Positions 38,369-50,752 of a DNA stretch of 64,000 nucleotides are shown piece after piece. Source of the stretch: the human T2T-CHM13v2.0 reference genome, Homo sapiens; the NCBI RefSeq assembly GCF_009914755.1, contig NC_060936.1, one strand, 5' to 3'. The notes below the pieces were generated by a model, which searched no databases, was not told the origin of the DNA, and saw nothing but the letters and a program-made list of their open reading frames with translations. How positions within the stretch are numbered: the first letter of the stretch is position 1; each line of letters begins with the position of its first letter. Both the position numbers and the translations under genes were made by a program.

Positions 38369-39859
38369 GTGCTCTGCGAGGTGGGGCACCTATGGCAGGT
38401 GTGGTCCTGGGAATGCCAGGCAGGTGCAGGGCAGGTAGCAGGTGCAGAACCTTCCATGTAGCGTGAGCCAGGCCCAGGCTGGCAGAGCCCACTCCTGGAA
38501 CCCCCACGGCCGTCGGACTTGGGTCCCTGCTCCGTGCATCTGGGTAGCCCAGACCTCCTGGAATTCTTGAGGCAGGGTGAGCTGGGGTGAGTGTGGGAAA
38601 GAATCAACTCTCGTGCAGAAGAAACACTACGCAGGAGCCCATGGGAACCAAATGAACGGGGGATTCGAGGCCTTCAGCGCAAGTAGAGGACGTGGCAATG
38701 GTCACGGCTCCCTCTGGCCCCATGCGCTGTCAGGGTGTTGGTGAGTGGTAGGAACCCACCTGAACCTGCCTAATTAGGAGGCGCGTATAAACCCTCAAGA
38801 TCTAACTCTGGGGAGATGGCAGTGGAAGCTGGAAGCTCGCGTCCCACCTGGCTGCTCTCTCCCTTTGCCAGCCCCATCCGCTCCCTGCTGCCTCTGTGCC
38901 CTGCTGCAGGAATTGCGGCTGCAGGAAGCCCCCCGCCCTGCGCTCAGTGAGGGGACCTCTGTGGCACCGTCTGAGGGCCGTCCTCCCACACCCACCCACC
39001 TGCTCTTCACCTTCCTGGCAGTGATGTGGCCCAGGCACGGGGCTCCCAGAATGAAGACAGCATTTCCACCCTCCCGTGCAGCGAGGGGTGGCTGTGTGAC
39101 TGCACCCAGCCATCGGACTTGAGGAGTGGGAGGAGGCTGCCGGCGATGCTGGCTCTGGCTGGAGCCACCAGCGGGGAGCCGCCCAGACGCGTCCACGGGC
39201 AGCCGGGAGAGCTGGGTGCAGGCGGCAGGGGCTGGTGCCATACAGAGCAGAGCCCCCACATGGCCACAGAGATGACGGCTGCCTGGGAATCTGTATTTTA
39301 ACCAAATCGTCTCTGGTTCCAAGGGAAGAGGCCCCAGAGGGCACTGACTGGCCTCGCTTGGGTTGGCGCCCTGTGAGGTCAGGCCCCATGGTCAGGAACT
39401 CAACGTGGTCCCTCAGAGCAGCAACAGCAAGGGGACTGCACAGTGGAGGCTGCGCAGCGTGGGGCGGACTTGGCGAGGAGGCTCTCGGGCAAGTTTCTGG
39501 CCTGAGAAATGGAGAAGCTGGAGAAATGGTCATCTTAGTCTTCATCCCCCTCCACGCTCACAGCAGCCAAGGCCTCCAGGCTCTGGACTGAACCTGGCTG
39601 CACCTGCAACCCCTCTCTCTGGGAGCTCCGTCCCGCACTGCCTGCCTCATGCAGGGCCCGGCTGTCTACGGGGATGTTTGGGGGAAGCTGCCAGGTTTCG
39701 CATCACCCCTGAGTGAGCCGGGGATGCTTCGTCTATAGTAGGAGCCACGGGAGGCAGGTGGTCAGCCCAGGTGTGGCCGTCAGGCACTGAAACCCACTGT
39801 GTTCCCTCAGGGTCTCTGTCCCTGCCCCCAGCAGCAGAACCGCATCCATCCTGTGGCCT

Positions 39860-40457
39860 CCACAGCCGCCTCTGAGAGTCTCATGGACGTGGACAGCAGC
39901 TTGTCCTCAGCCTCCACAGCCACCTCTGCAAGTTCCGTGGATGTGGACAGCAGCCATCTCTGTGAGTCCCGTGCACGTGGACAGCAGCCGCCTCTGTGAG
40001 TCTCATCTGCGAGTCCCGTGGATGTGGACAGCAGCCGCCTCTGCGAGTCCCGTGGACGTGGACAGCAGCCGCCTCTGCGAGTCCCGTGGATGTGGACAGC
40101 AGCCGCCTCTGCGAGTCCCGTGGACGTGGACAGCAGCCGCCTCTGTGAGTCCCGTGGACGTGGACAGCAGCCGTCTCTGTGAGTCCCGTGGATGTGGACA
40201 GCAGCCGCCTCTGTGAGTCTCATCTGCGAGTCCCGTGGACGTGGACAGCAGCCGCCTCTGCGAGTCCCGTGGACGTGGACAGCAGCCGCCTCTGCGAGTC
40301 CCGTGGACGTGGACAGCAGCCGCCTCTGCGAGTCCCGTGGACGTGGACAGCAGCCGCCTCTGCGAGTCCCGTGGACGTGGACAGCAGCCGCCTCTGCGAG
40401 TCCCGTGGACGTGGACAGCAGCCGCCTCTGTGAGTCTCGTGGACATGGACAGCAGCT
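39860..40457. repeat. 34-bp CpG-rich minisatellite, ~16 copies (gagtcccgtggacgtggacagcagccgcctctgc)
   Basis: Period of 34 (e.g. 40262 and 40296), with two units carrying a 10-bp insert. Confidence 0.95.
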
Positions 40458-40929
40458 CGTTCTCGGCCCAGTGTGCTCAGGCTTCACTGTCATGGGTGGA
40501 CGTGGGCCCTGTGCAGCCTCACACTCAGCTGCCCTCACCCTAAGCCCCCTCTGTCCTCAAGGGACCCCCAACAGTCCTAGCGGCCTCTGCAGCTTTGGGA
40601 ATAAAGGCCTGCCCTCGCCTGTATCCATGAAGCCCCTGCCACATCTGCGGCTCACAGCCTCCTTCTCCCCGCCGTCTCACCACGTTCTAACCTCTGGTCC
40701 TCTCCGAGTTTCTCGGACGGGCCAGTCCCTCTCCCCCCTTGGGGTTTGCTGTCCCCTCCATCGGGGTCACTGCCCTCATCTTCCCAACCTCAGCCCCCAC
40801 CCCAGGATGGGTCAGGATGGCCTGGCTTTCTCTTGGCCACCGTGTTCCTTCTTTCACACTCAGCTGAGTTTGCAGAAATGCCATGGTGTGATGACGTGAT
40901 TCACGTCTGTCTTTCCGTCTAGACTGGAA

Positions 40930-41125
40930 ACCCCCTGGGGGACTGAGATGTACGTCAACCATGGTGTCCCCAGAGGAGAAGGGCCGTCAACCAGGGTGTC
41001 CCCAGAGGAGAAGGGCCGTCAACCACAGTGTCCCCAGAGGAGAAGGGCGGCCAGGTCCCCTGGGGACTGAGATGTGTGTCAACCACGGTGTCTTCAGAGG
41101 AGAAGGGCAGCCGGGTCCCCGGAGG
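40930..41125. repeat. Degenerate ~32-bp repeat (gtcaacca.ggtgtccccagaggagaagggc) x4
   Basis: Direct copies visible. Confidence 0.7.
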
Positions 41126-41699
41126 ACACGGGTAATGCAGAGGCATCTCCCCAGCTCGCCCAGAAACTGGTCCAGCACCATGATCTGCACCCACATCAGA
41201 GGCACGTGGGGTAGGGAGTACAGTGCTGCCCGGAGCTCCATCCACAGCCTGCTCTGGGCTGGGTGTACGGCTGTTTTCCATTCAACCCAAATGGACCCTC
41301 GGAGGAGCCAGAAGGCCGGACTTGAGGAGGATTTGTCAGACCAGACAGCTTTAGTGTCACCTAAGACAAAGTACTTTATTTGTTTCCATTATCTTTGAGC
41401 TTTTGTCATTCTGGCTATTGATCTTCCCTTGTAATGAAGCCCATAATTAAGCTACTAGGATGCTGCGGCCAGGCTTAATGAACAGACTACTGCACAGCTC
41501 AGCCAAGGAGCCCACTGCATGAAGGAGACACACCGCCACCTCCATTTCCTGACTGTCTGTGACCCGTGTGGTCTGAAGGACAAAGGCGGGAAGGGCTGGG
41601 ATGCAGAGGGGCCCTCGGGGCCTCCCTGGGATGTCCTCATCGGCCTCAGGCAGGAGCCACCCCCATCCCAGAGCCAGACACACAGAAGGGCCTGGCCCC

Positions 41700-41890
41700 A
41701 CCCCTCCCGAGCTTATGGAAAGGGGAGATTTGGACGTAGAGGTTGGTGCAGGGAGATGGAGATGGCCCAGGAGGGAGGCCTGGGGCAGACTCCCCACCCC
41801 GACAGCCTCCGAGGAACCAGTGACACCTTGATCGTGGCTTTGCTGCCTCCGGAACGGTGAGAAAATACGTCTGCGTGAATGGCAGCCTGT
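41700..41890 (+). mobile_element. MaLR (MLT1/MST) LTR fragment
   Basis: gacaccttgatcgtggctttgctgcctccggaacggtgagaaaatacgtctg. Confidence 0.5.
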
Positions 41891-42653
41891 AATCATCCTC
41901 ACGGCCTCCACAGAAAGGGGGTCCTGCCACAGCTGACACTGGGAACACGCTGCGCCACGGCCTCCGACGCGCTGGCCTCAGGAGGGAAAGGTGTAGAGCA
42001 GGTGCAGGGAACGCACTGGAAGGGGCTGCACAGCCCTGGGGGTCAGGCTGGGCCAGGGCTGGGGGGGTGGCGGGGATGCCACAGCTGGAATGCCACAATG
42101 GCCACTCAGTTCCCGGCCCGATGCTCCCTCCTTCCACAGCGCCCTCCACAGCCCCTCCGCGGCGTTTCTTGGGATGGGCGGCCTCTGTGATGCCCTGAGC
42201 GGCTGGGATTCTGAGGAAGCGCCGGAGATGCTCCCAGCATGACCTTCCCCACCCTCCCTCCTAGTCCCAGCTACACACACGCCACCTCTCCCCACGAGGC
42301 GTTCTGAAGGCCGTGCTCCCCAAGGCGGCCCTGTTGGACCGTTGCCGGGCCTTTGGGCACCCACATCTCACATTTGCAAGCCCACAGCTACAGAGGCTTC
42401 CCTCCGCCCCACGGGGAGACCTGGGCACCCCCCACTGCGACACGACCTTCTGTGTAGCGGGCGTCGGGTCACTCAGTGTGCGGGTGAAGGCAGCCCAGGG
42501 GAGAGGAGCCAGCAGGGAGCTTGGCCAGGTGGGAACAGGTCCGGGCGGGGCTGCGTGGGTTGGGCCAAAGTCCAGACCTGAGCTGTCCCCAGGACACAGC
42601 CCAGGAGAGCAGCTTGTGCAGTGAACCCACCCCAGGCAGCGGGGACGCTCCGC

Positions 42654-43510
42654 CGCCCGCACCAGCGGCCCGCACACTCACGCCTCGCTGTGCTGTCTGC
42701 CCTCCATCACCCACACCAGCGGCCCGCACACTCACGCCTCGCTGTGCTGTCTGCCCTCCATCACCCGCACCAGCGGCCCGCACACTCACGCCTCGCTGTG
42801 CTGTCTGCGCCCTCCATCACCCGCACCAGCGGCCCGCACACTCACGCCTCGCTGTGCTGTCTGCCCTCCATCACCCACACCAACGGCCCGCACACTCACG
42901 CCTCGCTGTGCTGTCTGCGCCCTCCGTCCGCACCAATGGCCCGCACACTCACGCCTCGCTGTGCTGTCTGCCCTCCATCACCCGCACCAGCGGCCCGCAC
43001 ACTCACGCCTCGCTGTGCTGTCTGCCCTCCATCACCCGCACCAGCGGCCCGCACACTCACGCCTCGCTGTGCTGTCTGCCCTCCATCACCCGCACCAGCG
43101 GCCCGCACACTCACGCCTCGCTGTGCTGTCTGCCCTCCATCACCCGCACCAGCGGCCCGCACACTCACGCCTCGCTGTGCTGTCTGCCCTCCATCACCCG
43201 CACCAGCGGCCCGCACACTCACGCCTCGCTGTGCTGTCTGCCCTCCATCACCCGCACCAGCGGCCCGCACACTCACGCCTCGCTGTGCTGTCTGCCCTCC
43301 ATCACCCGCACCAGCGGCCCGCACACTCACGCCTCGCTGTGCTGTCTGCCCTCCATCACCCGCACCAGCGGCCCGCACACTCACGCCTCGCTGTGCTGTC
43401 TGCCCTCCATCACCCGCACCAGCGGCCCGCACACTCACGCCTCGCTGTGCTGTCTGCCCTCCATCACCCGCACCAGCGGCCCGCACACTCACGCCTCGCT
43501 GTGCTGTCTG
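42654..43510. repeat. 54-bp CpG-rich VNTR, ~16 near-identical copies
   Basis: cccgcaccagcggcccgcacactcacgcctcgctgtgctgtctgccctccatca; gives 18-aa periodic pseudo-ORFs. Confidence 0.97.
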
Positions 43511-43954
43511 CGCTCTGCAGATTCTTCAAGGGTTCCGGAGCTTTCCGCAGGAAGAGGCAGCACATCAGTCTAAGGTGCGACTGCAAATTACAAGGTAAAT
43601 ACATGACCGCTTTCCTCCTCAAATTATGGGTAATTACACCTGGACTAAGTGTAATAATTACAGACAAAACGCTGAGGATGTGAACCCCACTCCTTTGAGA
43701 GCTCAGACTGGGACCAGTCCCGTGTGCTGTCCAATGTGGGCTCTGCTCCCTGGGGAGAATTCACACCAGGACCAGTCACACATGATGTCCAATGCCAGCT
43801 CCACTCCCCAGGGAATGAGGTTAGTGGATTGATGCCTCAGTTTCCTTTTCTGTAGAATGTCTGCAATAATCCAAGCTTCCTCGAGGTGGGTGGTGAGGAT
43901 TAAATAAATGCAGAGCTGGTACCCACACAGAGGACTCTGGGAGCAGTGAAACGC

Positions 43955-44225
43955 CGCTGTGTGATGCACGATGGATGCCCGTCGTTACGTGTCTTCACAC
44001 GATCGCGTGTCATTATGCATTTGTCAAAACCCACAGGATGTGCAGCACGGGGGCCCCGACACGAATGTGGACTTTAGTTACTGAACGCGTGTGATGGCCC
44101 GCCTGTGGTAACAGGTGCGCCTCGCCAGCATAACGTGTTAATTACAGGGGACGCTGGCGGTGGGGGAGGGGCTCTGCACTTTCTGCTCGATTTCCTGTAA
44201 CCTAAACCGCTCTAAAAAACAAACA
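43955..44225 (+). mobile_element. L1M (L1MC/MD-like) 3'-end fragment
   Basis: tgtcattatgcatttgtcaaaacccacagga...ggactttagtta...taacctaaaccgctctaaaaaacaaa. Confidence 0.65.
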
Positions 44226-45609
44226 CGTGTCATAACTTTTTTAATGAACTCAAAATGGCCATTTTCACTTGTGTGCAGCCGCCTTCTCCACCCGGGCGTG
44301 TCTCGTGCCCTCCCTGCCTGGCCCTTGTGATGGAGGGCTGGGCAGCTTGGCCCCTTGACCTCTTGACCTCTTGGCCCCTTGCTCCCTTGGTCCCTTGACC
44401 TCTTGACCTGTCCCCTCTGCTCTGTTCTCTCCCCGGGCTGTGGCAGTAGCCATCAGCAGTCCACTGGGCCCACCCTCCCCTTTGCTTCCTAGCAGATCCG
44501 ATTTGGTGTGGAGTTTAGCAGGACAGCTTTAGAAACCACACTCCCCAGATGCCCTTGCAGTGACGTGTGACCTTGTGTCGACGCATGACCTCGTGTCAAG
44601 TCCCTGGGGATTTCTGGGAGAGGCTCAGGCTTTCTGACTTAGCCATTGCCCCGTTCCCTCTCCCTGTTGGAATGTGGGTGTGATGCTTGGAGGGGTGGCA
44701 GCCACTTTGTGGCCGTGAGGTCAAGCGACAGATGGTCGGGCGGGGGTGAGTCTGAGATCCCACTGACGTCCTCAGGAGTTGCTTCTTCCCAACGCTGCCT
44801 CTCTGTCCCCCTGTTTGTTTAAATTGCCAAAGTTGGGCTTCTGTTAGATGCAGTTGACCATAATCCCAAATGATGGGTGCTGCTTTGGGGACCAGCCCCC
44901 ACAGGTCCACGAGGTGCATTACATGGGCAGATCTCCCTGTCCCCATGCCGTGGCCTCAGTGTCCCAGTTCCTGGCCAGCAGCCAGATCAGTGACAAAGGA
45001 CCCAATGACTCAGACTCCAGCCATACCTGAGCCACCGTCAGGACAGGCTTTGGCCAGGATGGAGAGGAAGGAGCCACCCGTTGCAGCCTGGCCTGGAAAC
45101 TGCCCGGCTCAGCCCGAGGCCACCATCTCTGCTCATCCAAGAGGCATTCAGGGGTCAGGAGGTCCACAGAGTGGGAGAGGGTCCCACGTCTCAGAGCGGC
45201 GCCTGGCACCACCAGGCTCATCCTTGCCTCGGGCAATGGGGCAGGGTGAGCGGCTTCTGTGGCCACCACATCTGTGCAAATGGTGCCCACAGACGGAATT
45301 CAGGCCACTTCCTCTTAATTTGCTTAATTTAAACAAGAGGGAACCTTTGTATTTCTCTACATGTGTGCCTCTCAGCCTCCTGCTGGCCCAGAAGCCCAGT
45401 GACATCACAAGTTCCTGGCTCAGCTGCCTCCCTTGTTGTCAGATGAAATCTCTTTTTCCAAAGCAGCTCATGGGGGTGCTTTGACCTTGAGCCTTTGAGG
45501 CCAGTTCTGCAAAGAGGACTTCCAAAAACAGTGGTCAGTGAGGAACTAGGCTCAGAAGGTACCGTTGGCAGGGGTGAGGCCCTCCTACCTTCTTCCGCAG
45601 CAGGCAGGG

Positions 45610-46095
45610 ACAGGGGCGGCGTCCAGGATCACTCACAGGCAGGGACGAGGGCAGTGTCCAGGGTCACTCACAGGCGGGGGCGAGGGCAGTGTCCAGGGTC
45701 ACTCACAGGCGGGGACGAGGGCAGTGTCCAGGGCCACTCACAGGCGGGGGCGAGGGCAGTGTCCAGGGTCACTCACAGGCGGGGGCGAGGGCAGTGTCCA
45801 GGGTCACTCACAGGCGGGGGCGAGGGCAGTGTCCAGGGTCACTCACAGGCGGGGGCGAGGGCAGTGTCCAGGGTCACTCACAGGCGGGGGCGAGGGCAGT
45901 GTCCAGGGCCACTCACAGGCGGGGGCGAGGGCAGTGTCCAGGGTCACTCACAGGCTGAGGACAAGGCGGTGTCCAGGGTCACTCACAGGCTGAGGACAAG
46001 GCGGTGTCCAGGGTCACTCACAGGCTGAGGACAAGGCGGTGTCCAGGGTCACTCACAGGCTGAGGACAAGGTGGTGTCCAGGGTCACTCACAGGC
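45610..46095. repeat. 35-bp minisatellite, ~14 copies, in two variant blocks
   Basis: gggtcactcacaggcgggggcgagggcagtgtcca; the last 4 units switch to ...ctgaggacaaggcggtgtcca. Confidence 0.95.
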
Positions 46096-46350
46096 AGTGG
46101 CATAGCCAAACCCTAATGCCAGGAGCTGTTAGGACTGAGGGAAGAATTTGCAAGTGAGTCTGTGGAGGGGCCCAGAAAGCCTCCGGCAGTGCCTGGGATT
46201 CCACCGTGTTTGCCGTATTCTTTGTGGATGCCCAAAGCATTGCCTGCAAAGGCTGAGATATGGGTCTTGTGCCAGCCACTCCTGGAGAGGGAGGAAGGAG
46301 AGCTCTGGCTTTGTTTGCTGAGGCCCATGGCACCTTGACCGAAAAGCCGA

Positions 46351-46640
46351 CCCAGGCACCACACGGCCATTCTCCCTTTAGATAATAAGCCTCAGTTCCC
46401 AGTTTCTGGCTCGGGTGCCACGCAGCCACGCACCACGTAAATAATAAGCCTCAGCCCTGGGTTTCTGGCCCAGGTGCCACGTGGCCACGCGCCCTGTAGA
46501 TAAGAAGCCTCAGCTCTGGGTTTCTGGCCCAGGTGCCACGGAGCCACGCGCCCTGTAGATAATAACCCTTAGCTCTGGGTTTCTAGCCCAGGTGCCACGC
46601 GGCCATGTGCCCTGTAGATAAGAAGTCTCGGCTCTGGGCT
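46351..46640. repeat. 59-bp degenerate minisatellite, ~5 copies
   Basis: ta(g/a)ataa starts at 46379, 46438, 46497, 46556 and 46615. Confidence 0.88.
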
Positions 46641-47489
46641 GAGTGTAAAAATCACCGATGAATGCTCGGTCCCTGCACCCGTCCGGATGCTATCAGCTGT
46701 AACAGAAAACCCAGCTGAAAAGCAACTGAAAGGATAAGAGGCAGCTCATTCCTCATAGGGACTCCATGGCAGCTGCCCACCCCACAGCCCCCTCCTGTGT
46801 CACCATCCCAGAGCCCCAGGACCCAGCCCTTCCTCGTGTTCCTTTGTGAGAGTGAGGACAACTCCCTGCAGCCCCTCAGACCCTCCCAGGGTCCCGCCGT
46901 CAGGGCGGCCTGGCTGGTTCAGGTCTCTCCAACCATGGTAAGGCTGACTGAATTCCACCGTGGGCTGAGGCCAATGGGGCGTCACGCAGGGGCTGGGGAG
47001 GGGCCGCCTTCCCTAAGCACACGGCTGCTGCCCGGAGCCTGAACAAATCTGGCCTTGGTGAGCCAGGGAGGGGTTGCCTAGGCAACCAGCAGTGTCGGCC
47101 CCTTCTCAAGCAACTGCTGCTCTGCTTGGCTGGACACAGCCTCACAGGTGCGAGAGCAGGAGGGAATCGCCCCGTGGAAGGGGACTGGGCGAGCCTGTAG
47201 TTGTGCCATGAGGGCAGGTGCCTTCCTGGGCACCCAGGGCCAAGCCCCGCCAGCCAGCACTGCTACCAGGCACTCTTTCCATCTCAAACACCAGAATCTG
47301 CACAAGCTCCTGGTGGCAGGCCCTGGGGGGTGGCGTCCACTTTCCCTGGATGCCCAGCACACTCAATTTCCACCATCTGCGACCAAGAAGAATGAGGGCA
47401 GGACATCCTGTTTGTTCACCCTGGTCTGCCCAGGAATACAGCAAGGAGTGATTAGAGAAGAGTTTGCTTGTAAATACCCACTGAACAGG

Positions 47490-47645
47490 TGCACACATGC
47501 ACACTCACGCATATCCACGCACACACACTCATGCAACACACAATGCATGCACACGTGTGCACGCACACACATGCCTACATATATGAGCACAGGCCTGCAT
47601 GTGTATCCTTGTACACATACCTGTAAACAGCTCATGCACCACACC
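47490..47645. repeat. (CA)/(CATG)-rich simple repeat
   Basis: Directly visible. Confidence 0.75.
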
Positions 47646-48449
47646 ACATTTAGATCCAGCCCCACAAAAGAAGAAGCTGATTTATGTGTCCAATTATAAA
47701 TATAATTACATCTCTGACGCCATTAGCACGGCCATTCTGTGAATGCACAGCGCACCGCATGGCAGGCAGGGATGAGGTTCATGAGCGCAGATGAACCAGC
47801 ACTGGGAATTTTAATTTTTATTTTACTTGAAATTCAACACCAGATATAACAGCGACGCCTGGATGGAACGCGCTTCCACATTCCATCACAACAGAAGCGA
47901 TCATTTTTAGCAGACGCCCCGGAGGCGGCAGGCCCAAAGGTTGTGCAACTGAGGGAGGGGAAAGAGGCCACAAGCCCAGTCCTCCGGCACAGCCCCCGGC
48001 GGGAGATCCTAGGAACGCAGAGGGAAGTTGTCAGACCCAGGGCAAAGGCGGGAGCGGACAGGCTGAGCAATGGTCGAGAGATGTTTCTGGACTTGGCCGC
48101 ATCCACCAGCTCCCAGCAGAGGGAGGAGGAGGAGCTGAGCCTCTCGGGCACCACCCCAGGATGCCTAGAACCGTGTCCCGTGGCTCAACAGAGTGGACTC
48201 CAGGAGTCAGGGCCACGGCCGTGAGGTCTCATCGAGGTCTCAGCCCTCCTCAGAGCAGCCATGACCTCCGACCCCACAGCCCCCCACCTTCCCACTCCCT
48301 GTTCTCCCGTCACGGGGTTGCTCTGTTTCCTGCCTGAGTTCTGGGGTGACAAGGACAGGAGGGGATGCTGTGTCAGCGCGCAAGCCCTTTACTCCATTCT
48401 CCCCGGTCACAGCAGAGAAAACCGACCAGGCGTTGGGAGAAACAGCAAT

Positions 48450-48562
48450 GCCCAGCGACTCCCAGCGACCCCAGCAACGCCCAGAGACCCCCAGCGACTC
48501 CCAGTGACCCCAGCAACGCCCAGAGACCCCCAGCGACCCCAGCGACCCCCAGTGACCCCGAG
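48450..48562. repeat. Short-period C-rich tandem repeat (cccagcgac...)
   Basis: Direct copies visible. Confidence 0.75.
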
Positions 48563-48796
48563 CACGGACCCGGCACGGCTCTTCCATCCACCGCTGGCTT
48601 TGTCTGCTCAGCACCCGTCTCTCCTCTCTTGGAAACTAAACTCGATTCTAGATTTCCCTCCCTAGAATCTATCCCTCCCTCCTCAGCCCTCGATTTCAGT
48701 ATAAGATGGTTAATTTTAGATGTCAATTTGGCCAGGCCATGGTTTTTGGCTAAGACCAGTCTAAATGTTGTGAAGGTAAGTTTTAGATGCAATTAA

Positions 48797-49095
48797 TTTT
48801 TTTTTTTTTTTTTTTGAGATGGAGTCTTGCTCTGTCACCCAGGCTGGAGGGCAATAGCACAGTCTTGGCTCACTGCAGCCTCCACCTCCCAGGTTCAAGC
48901 AATTCTTCTGCCTCAGCCTCCTGAGTAGCTGGGTTTACAGGCGCCCACCACCACACCCAGATAATTTTTTGTATTTTTGGTAGAGACGGGGTTTCACTAT
49001 TTGGCCAGGATGGTCTCGATCTTTTGACCTTGTGATCTGCCCACCTCGGCCTCCTAAAGTGCCGGGATAACAGGCGTGAGCCACCGCACCCGGCA
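48797..49095 (-). mobile_element. Alu, AluSc-like, with TSD GCAATTAATT
   Basis: Full reverse Alu; gcaattaatt at 48789 and 49096. Confidence 0.9.
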
Positions 49096-49105
49096 GCAAT
49101 TAATT

Positions 49106-50250
<1,145 letters not shown>

Positions 50251-50367
50251 TGTATTTTCCCAATTTTTAAATGTTTTGACATAGAATAATTGTATAATAT
50301 TCAAGGGTTACATAGTGCTCTTTTGATACATATAACCCACACTGATCAGATTAATTAGCATATCCAT

Positions 50368-50752
50368 TGTTGAATCAAGTTTGGCCTAAAGCTGCAACCT
50401 TACACATTTTAAGTTCGGCCTGAAGGTTTCTCCGTACATGGTGAACTGTAGCCTACATGGAGGTGCAAACAGACCGTCACCTACTCTCATGCCAATCACT
50501 GAGCTTTGGCCAGTCGCAGGTGGTCAACTGTTCAAACCGTGTTCAAATAAGACAAATGCCGAGCTGCCGCCAATCCAGCCATTTCTGTCCCTCGCTTCTG
50601 TTTTCTGTACATCACTTGCCTTTTCCCGTCCATAAATCTTCTTCTGCCACGTGGCTGCGCGGGAGTCTCCATACCTACTCTATTTGCAAATTGTTCTTTG
50701 CTCAATTACACTCTTTTAGATTTAATTTGGCTGAAGTTTCTTTTTTTAAACA
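50368..50752 (+). mobile_element. MER57-type ERV1 solo LTR inserted in the L1
   Basis: TG...CA termini with a 4-bp TSD CCAT (50364-50367 and 50753-50756); sequence matches recalled MER57. Confidence 0.8.

Noticed and set aside
39860-40457. REST site array in the 34-bp VNTR (GGACAGCAG)
   Set aside because: Only a partial right half-site is present, with no TTCAGCACC left half.
42700-43480. PRDM9 13-mer CCNCCNTNNCCNC in the 54-bp unit
   Set aside because: cctccatcacccg misses the final specified C, and the degenerate motif is easily approached in C-rich DNA.
42521-43683. Mucin-like 18-aa repeat proteins
   Set aside because: The 54-bp unit is divisible by 3 and stop-free in several frames at once; there is no signal peptide, splice context or promoter.
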